From contig JAZLBQ010000007.1 in the NCBI GenBank assembly GCA_045613785.1, positions 1 through 64,000 of the forward strand: a stretch of 64,000 nt of DNA. The letters are read 5' to 3'. The position numbers and the translations under genes are program-made. Every line of letters begins with the position of its first letter. Within the stretch, counting starts at the first letter, position 1. Under the pieces are notes generated by a model. The model was not told the DNA's origin. It saw only the letters and a list, made by a program, of their open reading frames with translations, and did no database searches. This document shows, piece by piece, positions 1 to 9,114 of the stretch. Source of the stretch: Candidatus Enterousia sp. (lineage in GTDB: Bacteria; Pseudomonadota; Alphaproteobacteria; Rs-D84).

Positions 1-104
1 CGCCCCGCATGAACCTAGCACCAAGCACAAAATTCAAAAGAGCAGGGAAATCCAACAAAAAAACGCACCGTTTGGTGCGTTTTTAAACGGGTAGCCTTTG
101 TCGG
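1..104. repeat. Imperfect direct repeat of 1942-2045 (terminator hairpin plus degenerate tRNA-Thr 3' remnant)
   Basis: Ungapped alignment at offset 1941; 61-104 vs 2002-2045 match at 41/44 nt and include the AACGCACC-GTTT-GGTGCGTT hairpin. Confidence 0.85.
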
Positions 105-291
105 GATGCCAAGGCGAGTCCAAAGTCCAAGATTTCCAATACTTTCAGACAGTTGATTTGGTCCGCCTGCATCACACATCGCCTCACAGTTTTTTTATGT
201 GATATTATTGAATCAATTTTTATATGAACTTAGTCATTAAGAAGTGATTTTTTTGTTATGTTCTGAAAAAGCATAACTTGTTGTAAATACG

Positions 292-353
292 TTTTTTTTT
301 TTTTTTTTTTGCATATTTTTTGTTTGACAGAACTCTAGATAGTTTCCTACAAT
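292..353 (+). promoter_or_regulatory. Sigma70-type promoter with an upstream T19 homopolymer
   Basis: T19 at 292-310; TTGACA 324-329, 18-nt spacer, TACAAT 348-353. Confidence 0.7.
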
Positions 354-383
354 AGACTCAAACTAAAATGGTTTTAATAAAGT

Positions 384-608
384 GTGTCGCCGGAGAGGGG
401 TGTGTGTAGCAAAAGCTTATTTGTATTTTTTTGTTGCTTATTTATGGCATCTGTATGCAACGCTGACCTGGCGTCCACCTCTTATGTTCAAAAAGGGTTA
501 GATACAAAACTAGAGATTAGTAGTGGGGCACAACAACAAATGGCTGGTGATTATGTTGTAACAGGGAGTTTAAAGGTTCCGACACAACCGTTGCCGGAAG
601 CTCAGTAA
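384..608 (+). CDS. Small putative secreted protein (start uncertain)
   Basis: Hydrophobic signal-like segment ending CNA-D; stop lies 1 nt before the next ATG. Confidence 0.6.
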   Translation: MSPERGVCSKSLFVFFCCLFMASVCNADLASTSYVQKGLDTKLEISSGAQQQMAGDYVVTGSLKVPTQPLPEAQ

Positions 609-609
609 C

Positions 610-1848
610 ATGAAAAAAATACTTGTTTCCTTGTTTTTATGTGTTTGTACGATGGTTGCTGGTGCCGTCGGTGTGGATACGGTCGAATATGCACCTGTGG
701 CAAACTTGGAATATATACATAGTGCAATTGCCAGTAAATACGATATTACGGTTCCATACAATTCTGCAGCAGACATATATTCAATTGCGAATATGAAGTA
801 TCTGTTAACGACCATAGATGTTGCCAATCAAATGCAGGGTAATCAAACAAACTATGGGACCGGTGAATTTGCAACAGAATATGCTGCTAACACAATTACC
901 GTGGATACTGCCATTGATACATTAATAAAAATTATGGATACACCACCCGCAGATTCAGATGAACCGGAACCGGGGGACGAAATACTGGTGCCACCATATG
1001 TGTTTGCAATAAAAACAAGTGCAACAAATTCTTTTACAATTAATATTGCCGCCAAGGGCTCGTTTACCATTGACTGGGGCGACGGCACGGTTGAAACATT
1101 CAATCAAACATCAGCTTATACAAAATCCTATCAACATAACTATGGCAGCAGCCAGTCACAAACAATACGACTCGCCGGCCAGGCAACAGAATACTACAGC
1201 TCTTATGACCCGGCAACAATCAGCTTTTCGTCCAAAGGTTCAATCAGTGAAATCATCGGCAGCTTGGGAAAAATATTCCCAACACTGGACGACGGCAGTC
1301 AGCCAAGTTTCTATCAAACCTTTTCCTATGCCAGCAATGTCACACGTCTGCCTAAAAAATTATTTTCGGGCATTACCGGAAAACCAATCAGTTATATGTT
1401 TTATCAGACGTTCTATAATATGTCTAGTTTGACAGAGATACCCGAAAACCTGTTTGGCGGATTGGACGGCACCCCCGGAAGTAGTATGTTCTATCAAACA
1501 TTCTATAATTGCAGTTCTGTAAAATCACTGCCAAATAAACTGTTCGGCAATCTGCATGGCGCACCTGCAATGTACATGTTCTATGGAACATTTTACAATT
1601 GCACCGGGTTGACTGGGGAAATACCATTGGGGTTCTTTGGGGATTTTGAAAACAATATAAAGAGTTATATGTTTGGATACGCGTTCTATAATTGTAATGG
1701 TCTGACTGGTCCGTCCGCCAGAATGCCAGATGGAACATATATCTACAACTACTTTACAAAAGGTACTGGTTATTACCCAACGTCCAAGATGTATTATAAC
1801 TGCACAGGTTTGTCGGATTATTCCAGTATACCATCAAGTGCCAAGTAA
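610..1848 (+). CDS. Secreted surface protein with a PKD-like domain and BspA-like leucine-rich repeats
   Basis: Signal peptide MKKILVSLFL; IDWGDG motif; repeated MFYxTFYNCxxLxxIPxxLF units. Confidence 0.75.
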   Translation: MKKILVSLFLCVCTMVAGAVGVDTVEYAPVANLEYIHSAIASKYDITVPYNSAADIYSIANMKYLLTTIDVANQMQGNQTNYGTGEFATEYAANTITVDTAIDTLIKIMDTPPADSDEPEPGDEILVPPYVFAIKTSATNSFTINIAAKGSFTIDWGDGTVETFNQTSAYTKSYQHNYGSSQSQTIRLAGQATEYYSSYDPATISFSSKGSISEIIGSLGKIFPTLDDGSQPSFYQTFSYASNVTRLPKKLFSGITGKPISYMFYQTFYNMSSLTEIPENLFGGLDGTPGSSMFYQTFYNCSSVKSLPNKLFGNLHGAPAMYMFYGTFYNCTGLTGEIPLGFFGDFENNIKSYMFGYAFYNCNGLTGPSARMPDGTYIYNYFTKGTGYYPTSKMYYNCTGLSDYSSIPSSAK

Positions 1849-2038
1849 ACTAATAGCCTTTGCATCACAGTTTTTGGTGTTTTGGGGACGTGGGGCAGAG
1901 TTGGGTTGGAATTGCAGACTTTGGTTAAACTAAAAACAGCCCGTCCCGCATGGGTGATGTGCCCAATCCAAAAATCAAAAAAGCAAAGAAAACCAAACAA
2001 AAAACGCACCGTTTGGTGCGTTTTAAAACGAGTAGCCA

Positions 2039-2074
2039 TTGTCGGACTTGAACCAACGACCTACTGATTACAAA
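2039..2074 (-). repeat. att site: duplicated 3' part of tRNA-Thr
   Basis: TTGTCGGACTTGAACCAACGACCTACTGATTACAAA identical to 10266-10301. Confidence 0.95.
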
Positions 2075-2174
2075 CCGCCCAAACGAGTGTTGAATAACGT
2101 TTGTCAACGTTGAATTTTGCTTAGTATTCTGGGCTTTACAGCGGATTTTAAATTTATTATACTTAAATAAAAAT

Positions 2175-2229
2175 CGGTAGCAAAAACTAAAATTTCATAC
2201 CTGCGGTAGCAAATACGTAGCAAAAAAAT
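2175..2229. promoter_or_regulatory. Putative integrase arm-type binding sites (GTAGCA repeats)
   Basis: CGGTAGCAAATACGTAGCAAAAAAAT at 2204-2229 matches 10168-10193 at 25/26; an extra CGGTAGCAAAAA starts at 2175. Confidence 0.7.
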
Positions 2230-2253
2230 GGATGAAAAAGGCATCTGAAAAAA

Positions 2254-2535
2254 ATGAAATCGAACCGCTTTAATTTTACTGAACGTGCACTGGCCGAAGA
2301 GTTGGGGATAGATGCGCAAGTTGGCGACCTGATTACAATTGCAAAACACGCAACAGATTCAGGCAAAGTTATCGAACTGCACACATACGAAATCAAATCC
2401 TGCACCGGCGAAATTCAACTGCGCGTCCACGACGATATGCATTGGGTACCAGTCGCAGACCTGTCATCCCATCCACAACTGCCAGCCGATTTAATTGTAT
2501 CCGAAACAATCGCTTTAATACAAAAAGATGTTTAG
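2254..2535 (+). pseudogene. Truncated NUDIX copy (C-terminal half) fused to a short foreign N-terminus, possibly an integrase remnant
   Basis: From EELG onward nearly identical to 3658-4047; lacks the first half of the Nudix box; begins MKSNRFNFTERAL. Confidence 0.7.
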
Positions 2536-2616
2536 TAGTATAGATTGATTTTACATGCTGGCTATGTTAGGATTTTAATGAAGGGTTTTATAAAATCTTA
2601 AGGTAAGGATAATGTA

Positions 2617-3561
2617 ATGGAAGAAGATATCAAAACCAAGTCAGATCTTTTGAATAAAGTATCGGCGATTATATGCGGTATTATGGTCACAATCTGTATG
2701 TTGTGTTTTTGTGGTTATGTAGCGTGTGGTGCAGTAGGTCTGTTAATGATATGTGGTTTTGGCGTAAAGGTAGAACAACAAAATGGTAAGGACAATTATT
2801 TGTTCAGGCCTTTATGGGTTTGTATGGGACTGCTATTAGTAGTTGTTGCGCTATTTAGAATGGATGCAGAAAAGCCGTTGACTGCTAGGGGTAATAATAT
2901 TGATGACCAGTCACGTAATTATAATAATATAGAAGGTTTGTACATTGTGAAAGCCGATTCCTACTATGGTTATAAGTATGTTGATTTTATTGCTTGCAAG
3001 ACGAGTGAGGCAATGAAAAAATATACGGACAGCATCCTTGGTGATAGTGAATATAATAGCGTCCCAGAACTTATGGCATCCGGACAGTGTATGCTACTAA
3101 ACAACAGCTACGAAAGCCGTTATTCAATGAGAGTAAATAAGGTGGATAATGCTATTATTAAGGAAATAATATTTGTTCCTGTTAATGGTGTAGAAAATAA
3201 ATTATACACTAATACACAGATTACAGTAGATTATACATTTAATCAAAATGCCTATGGAGAAGAGGCGAGGTTGCAACAAGAACAAAGAATTAAAGATTTT
3301 TTTGTTAAGGAAATAAATAGTACAGAAACAACAGAGGTTGCTGGTTATTTTTGTGTGACTTCAAATGATTTTAACAATTTCTTTTATGCGCATTTGAATT
3401 TTGATAAAGGTATGCCCAATGCTGTTATGAATGGAAAATGTTTAAAGGTTAAAAGTAGTACACAAATAAAAAAAGTGGATATTGATAAAGAATATTTATG
3501 GGTTAAATATGAAATATTGAATGGAGAACATTCTGGTAAACTGCTATGGGGGGCACCATAA
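2617..3561 (+). CDS. Hypothetical membrane-anchored protein
   Basis: 314-aa ORF with N-terminal hydrophobic segments; AAGGA RBS. Confidence 0.7.
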   Translation: MEEDIKTKSDLLNKVSAIICGIMVTICMLCFCGYVACGAVGLLMICGFGVKVEQQNGKDNYLFRPLWVCMGLLLVVVALFRMDAEKPLTARGNNIDDQSRNYNNIEGLYIVKADSYYGYKYVDFIACKTSEAMKKYTDSILGDSEYNSVPELMASGQCMLLNNSYESRYSMRVNKVDNAIIKEIIFVPVNGVENKLYTNTQITVDYTFNQNAYGEEARLQQEQRIKDFFVKEINSTETTEVAGYFCVTSNDFNNFFYAHLNFDKGMPNAVMNGKCLKVKSSTQIKKVDIDKEYLWVKYEILNGEHSGKLLWGAP

Positions 3562-3657
3562 TACTGTAAACGGACGCTATAGATATAGGTCGATATCCAT
3601 AAAATTCAAGTCAATTTCATTGAAATATATGCTAGATTGGTTTAATCTTATATAGAT

Positions 3658-4047
3658 ATGAAAGTAACCGCAGCAATTTTTAGGGATGGCGACAAAGTCT
3701 TGTTGATGCGACGCGCGGCTGACCAGCCGTTGGCGGGCGAATGGGAATACCCCGGTGGCAAGTTTGAAGATTGCGAAGACGGCCCAACATGCCTGTGCAG
3801 GGAACTGTTTGAAGAACTTGGCATTGATGCACAAATTGGTGACCTGATTACAATCGCAAAACACACAACAGATTCTGGCAAGGTTATCGAACTGCACACG
3901 TACGAAATCAAATCCTTCACCGGCGAATTTCAACTGCGCGTCCATGACGATATGCACTGGGTGTCAATTCCAGACCTGCCAGCGCATCCACAATTACCAG
4001 CAGACTTAATCGTGTCGAGCGAACTTATGCAACTTAGTCTTGAATAA
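3658..4047 (+). CDS. NUDIX hydrolase, MutT-like
   Basis: Nudix box GGKFEDCEDGPTCLCRELFEELG preceded by WEYPGG. Confidence 0.9.
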   Translation: MKVTAAIFRDGDKVLLMRRAADQPLAGEWEYPGGKFEDCEDGPTCLCRELFEELGIDAQIGDLITIAKHTTDSGKVIELHTYEIKSFTGEFQLRVHDDMHWVSIPDLPAHPQLPADLIVSSELMQLSLE

Positions 4048-5197
4048 TTTCTTTTATTTTTACCATCGTATTCACAAATGATTTGCGATTTGTAGTCATA
4101 ATGTTGGTGTTCAATTTATAGAATTTTCTCATTTCGACATATGGGGTTTGGCCTGAAGTTAAGAATGGTTTCATGGATTCCAAGAAATATGACAGTTTGG
4201 CAGATTTGTTCGTGCCTTTTAGTCGTTTGCTGATTGCGGATGGGACGAACCATATGTTGTCGTCTGAAATTTCAAATAACGAAATAACTTTTGGGATGCC
4301 AACGCCAACATGCTTTGTTGCTGTCGTAACTGACATACCTATATTACGCAGGTCGTTAAAGAAATCGTAGATAGATGCCTCGGGTATATTAGAGTTTTTG
4401 GCAACAAATTTATTTACAAACTCTTCCTCGGAAATGTAATCGTTTGTACGTTTGGCACTTGGTTCGGTATCAGCACCAGGGGCTGAGCAAACTATATTGT
4501 CATTTTTGATAGTAATAACAGCTCGTTCAATATGCTTGGTGTTCATGGTAAGCTGTGGAATAACCAAGAATTTGTCACCTAGTGCATATGTTTTTATTTC
4601 GCATAGCGCCAATTTATACTTCATGTCTATGGGGCTGTTTACAAACGTGGCTATGTTTTCAACTGTTGGGCGGATAGTGTCGCCAACAATCAGCATCAAA
4701 AATTCTGCATGACGAATGTGGCGTTGTACGGCATCTATGAAGGTTTCTTTGTCTGGCAAATCTTTGAATTTCTTTTTCATGTCTGTGTATAAATCAGATT
4801 TGCCATATAAGTCATTTAATGTTGAATAATCCCAGCCAGATGCACGGATATTGGCTGCATAGTCTAATATTTGTCCCAAAACCTCACGACAAGACTCAGG
4901 ATTGCGATGCAGTTTTGTTTCTACTAACACCAATCGACCCGATTTGCTGATAAATATTATATCTACATGTCCAGTTCCTTTTTTGCTGGTTTTCGTGGAC
5001 GCTTCGCTACACACGTACATTAAATCCGCATAATTTGAGTCAATGTCAGATACAGGTAGTATATCAGGACAGGTTGGCAAAAATTTTTGTAACCATTTTT
5101 CTGATTCAATTCGTTTAATTTCTGGGCTGGTTGTCTTACCATGCTTATCTACAAAGACTGGTGATTTTACAGCACGTTCTGACATGACTCTCTCCAT
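4034..5197 (-). CDS. PD-(D/E)XK-family nuclease-domain protein (NucS-C-like)
   Basis: VDIIFI...VLVETK...EVLGQILDYA pattern. Confidence 0.65.
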   Translation of the reverse strand: MERVMSERAVKSPVFVDKHGKTTSPEIKRIESEKWLQKFLPTCPDILPVSDIDSNYADLMYVCSEASTKTSKKGTGHVDIIFISKSGRLVLVETKLHRNPESCREVLGQILDYAANIRASGWDYSTLNDLYGKSDLYTDMKKKFKDLPDKETFIDAVQRHIRHAEFLMLIVGDTIRPTVENIATFVNSPIDMKYKLALCEIKTYALGDKFLVIPQLTMNTKHIERAVITIKNDNIVCSAPGADTEPSAKRTNDYISEEEFVNKFVAKNSNIPEASIYDFFNDLRNIGMSVTTATKHVGVGIPKVISLFEISDDNIWFVPSAISKRLKGTNKSAKLSYFLESMKPFLTSGQTPYVEMRKFYKLNTNIMTTNRKSFVNTMVKIKEIIQD

Positions 5198-5380
5198 AGT
5201 TTTTATTACTTGTATTGTACATTAAAATTGGCATGTTTTCAAGATGTCGCTTAGTTCATTTTGTATCGCATGTGTCAACAGAAGATGCATTAATACATAG
5301 AAAACGAATTGATTTTACATACTTTTGCACTATCTATATAGTGTGAGCATGGTGCTTGCACGGAACCAAAAGGATGTGAA

Positions 5381-5578
5381 GTGAAGAAGATAATAAGTTG
5401 TTTGGTTGTGGTGTTGTCGCTGTGTGTGTTTAATGTACCAGCTCAGGCCAGTTATTATGGTGGCTCGGGGTATGTGCATGTTAATGGTTATACAAAAAGC
5501 AATGGCACATATGTGCAGTCGCATTACAGAACACGCCCAGACGGTATCAAATCTAATAATTTGAGCTATCGTTTTTAA
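5381..5578 (+). CDS. Small secreted protein (VxGYxKSNGTYVxxHYRTxPD type)
   Basis: Signal peptide ending AQA; AAGGA RBS; followed by hairpin 5587-5606. Confidence 0.75.
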   Translation: MKKIISCLVVVLSLCVFNVPAQASYYGGSGYVHVNGYTKSNGTYVQSHYRTRPDGIKSNNLSYRF

Positions 5579-5667
5579 TAAGAATTCCCGCCCCCATGTG
5601 GGCGGGTTCCTTTATCCATACAATCCTTTTTGACATCTGGTGAATTCGGTTTATACTGATTCACGGA

Positions 5668-6930
5668 ATGGCGGAAAGGTTTTATCTTTGCATTGATTTA
5701 AAGAGTTTCTTTGCCTCGGTCGAAGCGGTTGACCGTGGATTGGACCCATTTACAACAAACCTGGTGGTGGCAGACCCGTCACGGGGGCGGGGTTCGGTCT
5801 GTCTGGCGATAACGCCGGCGATGAAGGCGTTGGGGATTCGCAACCGATGCCGGGTCTTTGAAATTCCGCGTGGGGTCGAATACATCACCGCCATGCCCCG
5901 CATGAAAAAGTATATGGAGGTATCCGCCCAAATTTACGGGATTTACCTGCGCTATATTTCGCCCGAAGACATCCATGTCTATTCCATTGACGAATGCTTT
6001 ATCGATATCACGCCTTACTTGAAAATGTATAAACGGTCGCCTAAAGAAATGGCGATAATGCTGATGGATGCAGTGCGGGACGAGACGGGCATATGCGCCA
6101 CCGCCGGCATTGGTACGAACCTGTTCCTGGCCAAGGTTGCACTGGACATCACGGCCAAGAAAGTTCCCGACCATATCGGATACCTGGATGCGGAATCATT
6201 CCGGGAACACCTGTGGCATCATCGGCCAATAACAGACATCTGGAACATCGGGGCGGGCATTGCACGGCGACTGGAAAAGTACGGTGTTTATGACCTGTAT
6301 GGTGTGACGCAGTTGCCGGCCGAAACCCTGTATAAAGAGTTCGGCACAAATGCAGAATACCTGATTGACCATGCGAACGGCATCGAGCCATGCACGATTG
6401 CCGATATTCACAATTATCAGGCGAAATCACATTCCCTGTCCAACGGCCAGATTCTGTTCGAAGATTATAACTTTGAAGACGCACAGATTGTGATGCAGGA
6501 AATGGTGGATAACCTGGTCTTGGAATTGGTGGAAAAGAATCTGGTGGCGGATGAGATATCGCTGGCCGTGGGGTATTCACGTGATGTTCGTCGCCCAACT
6601 GGGGGCAGTCGTAAATTGCCAGCGCACACATCGTCCTATAAATCATTGGTGGCGGAATTTGTGCACCTGTATCGGGAAACGACCGACAAACGCACGCCGA
6701 TACATAAATTGACGGTTGGACTGGGGAATCTGGTCGATGCGGATACGGTGCATCTGCAACTGGATTTATTTGCGGACACAACGGCGGACGAACGCGAAAG
6801 CAAACTGCAACACGCACTGCTGGATATCAAGGGAAAGTTTGGCAAGAACGCCGTCCTGCGTGGCATAAATTATCACGAGAAGTCCACTGGTCGCAAACGT
6901 AATACTTTGGTTGGGGGACACAATGGCTGA
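5668..6930 (+). CDS. Y-family error-prone DNA polymerase (ImpB/MucB/SamB, UmuC-like)
   Basis: CIDLKSFFASVE, YSIDECFID, GIGTNLFLAKVA motifs; clamp-binding QLDLF. Confidence 0.93.
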   Translation: MAERFYLCIDLKSFFASVEAVDRGLDPFTTNLVVADPSRGRGSVCLAITPAMKALGIRNRCRVFEIPRGVEYITAMPRMKKYMEVSAQIYGIYLRYISPEDIHVYSIDECFIDITPYLKMYKRSPKEMAIMLMDAVRDETGICATAGIGTNLFLAKVALDITAKKVPDHIGYLDAESFREHLWHHRPITDIWNIGAGIARRLEKYGVYDLYGVTQLPAETLYKEFGTNAEYLIDHANGIEPCTIADIHNYQAKSHSLSNGQILFEDYNFEDAQIVMQEMVDNLVLELVEKNLVADEISLAVGYSRDVRRPTGGSRKLPAHTSSYKSLVAEFVHLYRETTDKRTPIHKLTVGLGNLVDADTVHLQLDLFADTTADERESKLQHALLDIKGKFGKNAVLRGINYHEKSTGRKRNTLVGGHNG

Positions 6931-7252
6931 CAATACCGCACGTGCAAAACAGTTTATGCCGTTCGCAGCCCTGCGTGGGTACTATGCGATGGTGCTGGCG
7001 AAAAATCGGGTGGTTGAGCCACGTCGGGAATTGATTGGCGATGCCGCAGAACGGTTGTCACGGAAACTTGCACTGGTTAGAAAGGGCATGATGATAACGG
7101 TGCGATTTTACCAGACTGATGCCTATGACACCATAACGGGCCTGGTCACCCGCATAGACCCCGAATACCGATACATCACCATAGTCAAAACCAAAATCCC
7201 ATTTGATGACATCACCGAAGTAGCCAGCCCCGAAATCCCAGATGGGGAATAG
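6923..7252 (+). CDS. YolD-like accessory protein
   Basis: RAKQFMPFAALRGY motif; overlaps the polymerase stop codon. Confidence 0.85.
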   Translation: MADNTARAKQFMPFAALRGYYAMVLAKNRVVEPRRELIGDAAERLSRKLALVRKGMMITVRFYQTDAYDTITGLVTRIDPEYRYITIVKTKIPFDDITEVASPEIPDGE

Positions 7253-7314
7253 AGATTGTTATAAAAAACTTTGAGTGCTTTTTTGGTTTAATAAACAACC
7301 TGTTATGTTGTATC

Positions 7315-8307
7315 TTATTGCGGTTGTGCGCTAAAGAAGCTGTTGACTCTATAATGATGAGGTATGTCGCTTTTAAATATATTTCTTGTTAGCTGTATGT
7401 CTTCCACTCTTCTCGCTCTGGACAATGCAGTGTATGTTTGACCGGGAATCCATGCACCACTATCTAGGTCGACCCTAACAGAATCTAATGTTTTTCCTTG
7501 TGCCTTATGTATTGTTATGGCATATCCCAGTGTCAGTGGTAATTGGACGTATGTTCCCAGAAGGCACTCTTCAATTTCCTTTGTCTCTGGGTTTTTCTTA
7601 TATGTGATATTTTCCCATTTTGCTTTGGGTACGACCACATTGGTTTTGCTTGAAAAAAGATATACAACAGCATAATCATCTTCAAGCTCTACGACTTTGC
7701 CCATGGAGCCATTGCACCAAGATGCTTTATCATCGCCACCATTTTTACAGAATACAACTAAGGCACCAGGTTTTAGGGTGATGGATGTTGGGACGGGTAA
7801 ATTTTTTATAGGCACATCCCCCACAATTTTTCCTATGTATGTTTTTTGGGGAGTGTCAAGCCTGTCCAAAAAGCATTTGTTTATCGCATCTGCCTTTACT
7901 TTTCTTGGCGTAATTGTAATAACATCATCTGAGTCTGTGAAATTTGATTTCTTTTGACGATTGAAATAGCTCAGACAATCAGGATTTCCGTTTCTCAATT
8001 TATCATCTGTGGCCATTTGCTGCAGTTCTGTTGGCATTTCCCCGATGAATTTCATAATCATTTCGAACGCTTTAACATCACCACCCAGCGCACGATTAAT
8101 CAAAGCCACGGCAATTGCCTCTTTTCTGGTTTCTTGGTCTTCGTGCGGCAACAGTAATGCTTCTGTTAAAATCTGACGCATCTTGTTCTTTTTACGTCTT
8201 GCGACACCGCTGGCCAGACCACCCAACGATTGTATCTTTGTTCTTTCGTTGTTCGTTCTGTCTGCCAGTGATACCAAACCTGATGTATCTGGATTGCGAT
8301 TAGCCAT
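7315..8307 (-). CDS. Chimeric ORF: phage terminase-small-subunit-like N-terminus plus PIF1/RecD-like helicase C-terminal half
   Basis: GGLASGVARRKK...AIAVALINRALGGDVKAFE; C-terminal QLPLTLGYAITIHKAQGKTLD and GQTYTALSRAR (SF1B motifs V/VI); no Walker A. Confidence 0.7.
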   Translation of the reverse strand: MANRNPDTSGLVSLADRTNNERTKIQSLGGLASGVARRKKNKMRQILTEALLLPHEDQETRKEAIAVALINRALGGDVKAFEMIMKFIGEMPTELQQMATDDKLRNGNPDCLSYFNRQKKSNFTDSDDVITITPRKVKADAINKCFLDRLDTPQKTYIGKIVGDVPIKNLPVPTSITLKPGALVVFCKNGGDDKASWCNGSMGKVVELEDDYAVVYLFSSKTNVVVPKAKWENITYKKNPETKEIEECLLGTYVQLPLTLGYAITIHKAQGKTLDSVRVDLDSGAWIPGQTYTALSRARRVEDIQLTRNIFKSDIPHHYRVNSFFSAQPQ

Positions 8308-8823
8308 TTTTAATTTACCTCCATATCTCTGTTAATCACCATTACCAAGGATAAATGCTCTGGGAAGTAGTAGGTTTAAGTTTCCCCAAGCACATAGTGC
8401 CCTTTAACCGTTTAAAAAACAGTTGTGATGTTTAGTTCGATAAAAGACCCTGTCTAGCTGTTTTTGTGTGCCCTTGGGCGAGCAGTTAGGAATCGTCTAA
8501 CCCCACAAGATTCTTGAGACCAAACACTGCGGTTCTTTTATGTTTGGAAGTTGCGGGCTTGCGTCCCAACAATTATACTCTTTTTCACCATTTTTGGTCA
8601 GTCGGACGCAGTTAAAACTAAATCTTGAAAGTCATTTTAACTGCGCGTTGCTTTTTGGCGGCGCACAAATACCAGGCGTAGGCCTCACAACATCGCTCAG
8701 GTCAACCAGTAGCACGCATAGGGAATTGATAGTGGCAAAAAATAGAACCGCCACCCTGGTTACCTAACTGTATATCGCTCCGATATGCGTTGTTTGTCGC
8801 AGGGACAACTTGTAATCCAATTT

Positions 8824-9036
8824 TTATGCGATTGGGCGCATGTTTTTTAAATGTTCAACAATCCATGTGTCCAAATCCTCTTGGCGATATCTGATGCGGT
8901 TGCCCCATTGCAGAAATGGAATGGTCAATTTGCCCTGATAACGCCAAGAGTTTAAAGTACCAATGGTTGTGCCCAGATATTTGGCCGCTTCGCGTTGATT
9001 CAATAAATGTGATTGTTTTGGAAATTGGTATTGCAC
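8824..9036 (-). CDS. Excisionase-like HTH DNA-binding protein
   Basis: LLNQREAAKYLG...TLNSWRYQG...IRYRQEDLDTWI; GGAGG RBS. Confidence 0.85.
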   Translation of the reverse strand: MQYQFPKQSHLLNQREAAKYLGTTIGTLNSWRYQGKLTIPFLQWGNRIRYRQEDLDTWIVEHLKNMRPIA

Positions 9037-9114
9037 ATTACCTCCATTTGTTATGGTTGATTAATATGCAATTATGATAAATAAAGTGTGGGGATTTTTA
9101 CAGAACTTGGCTTT

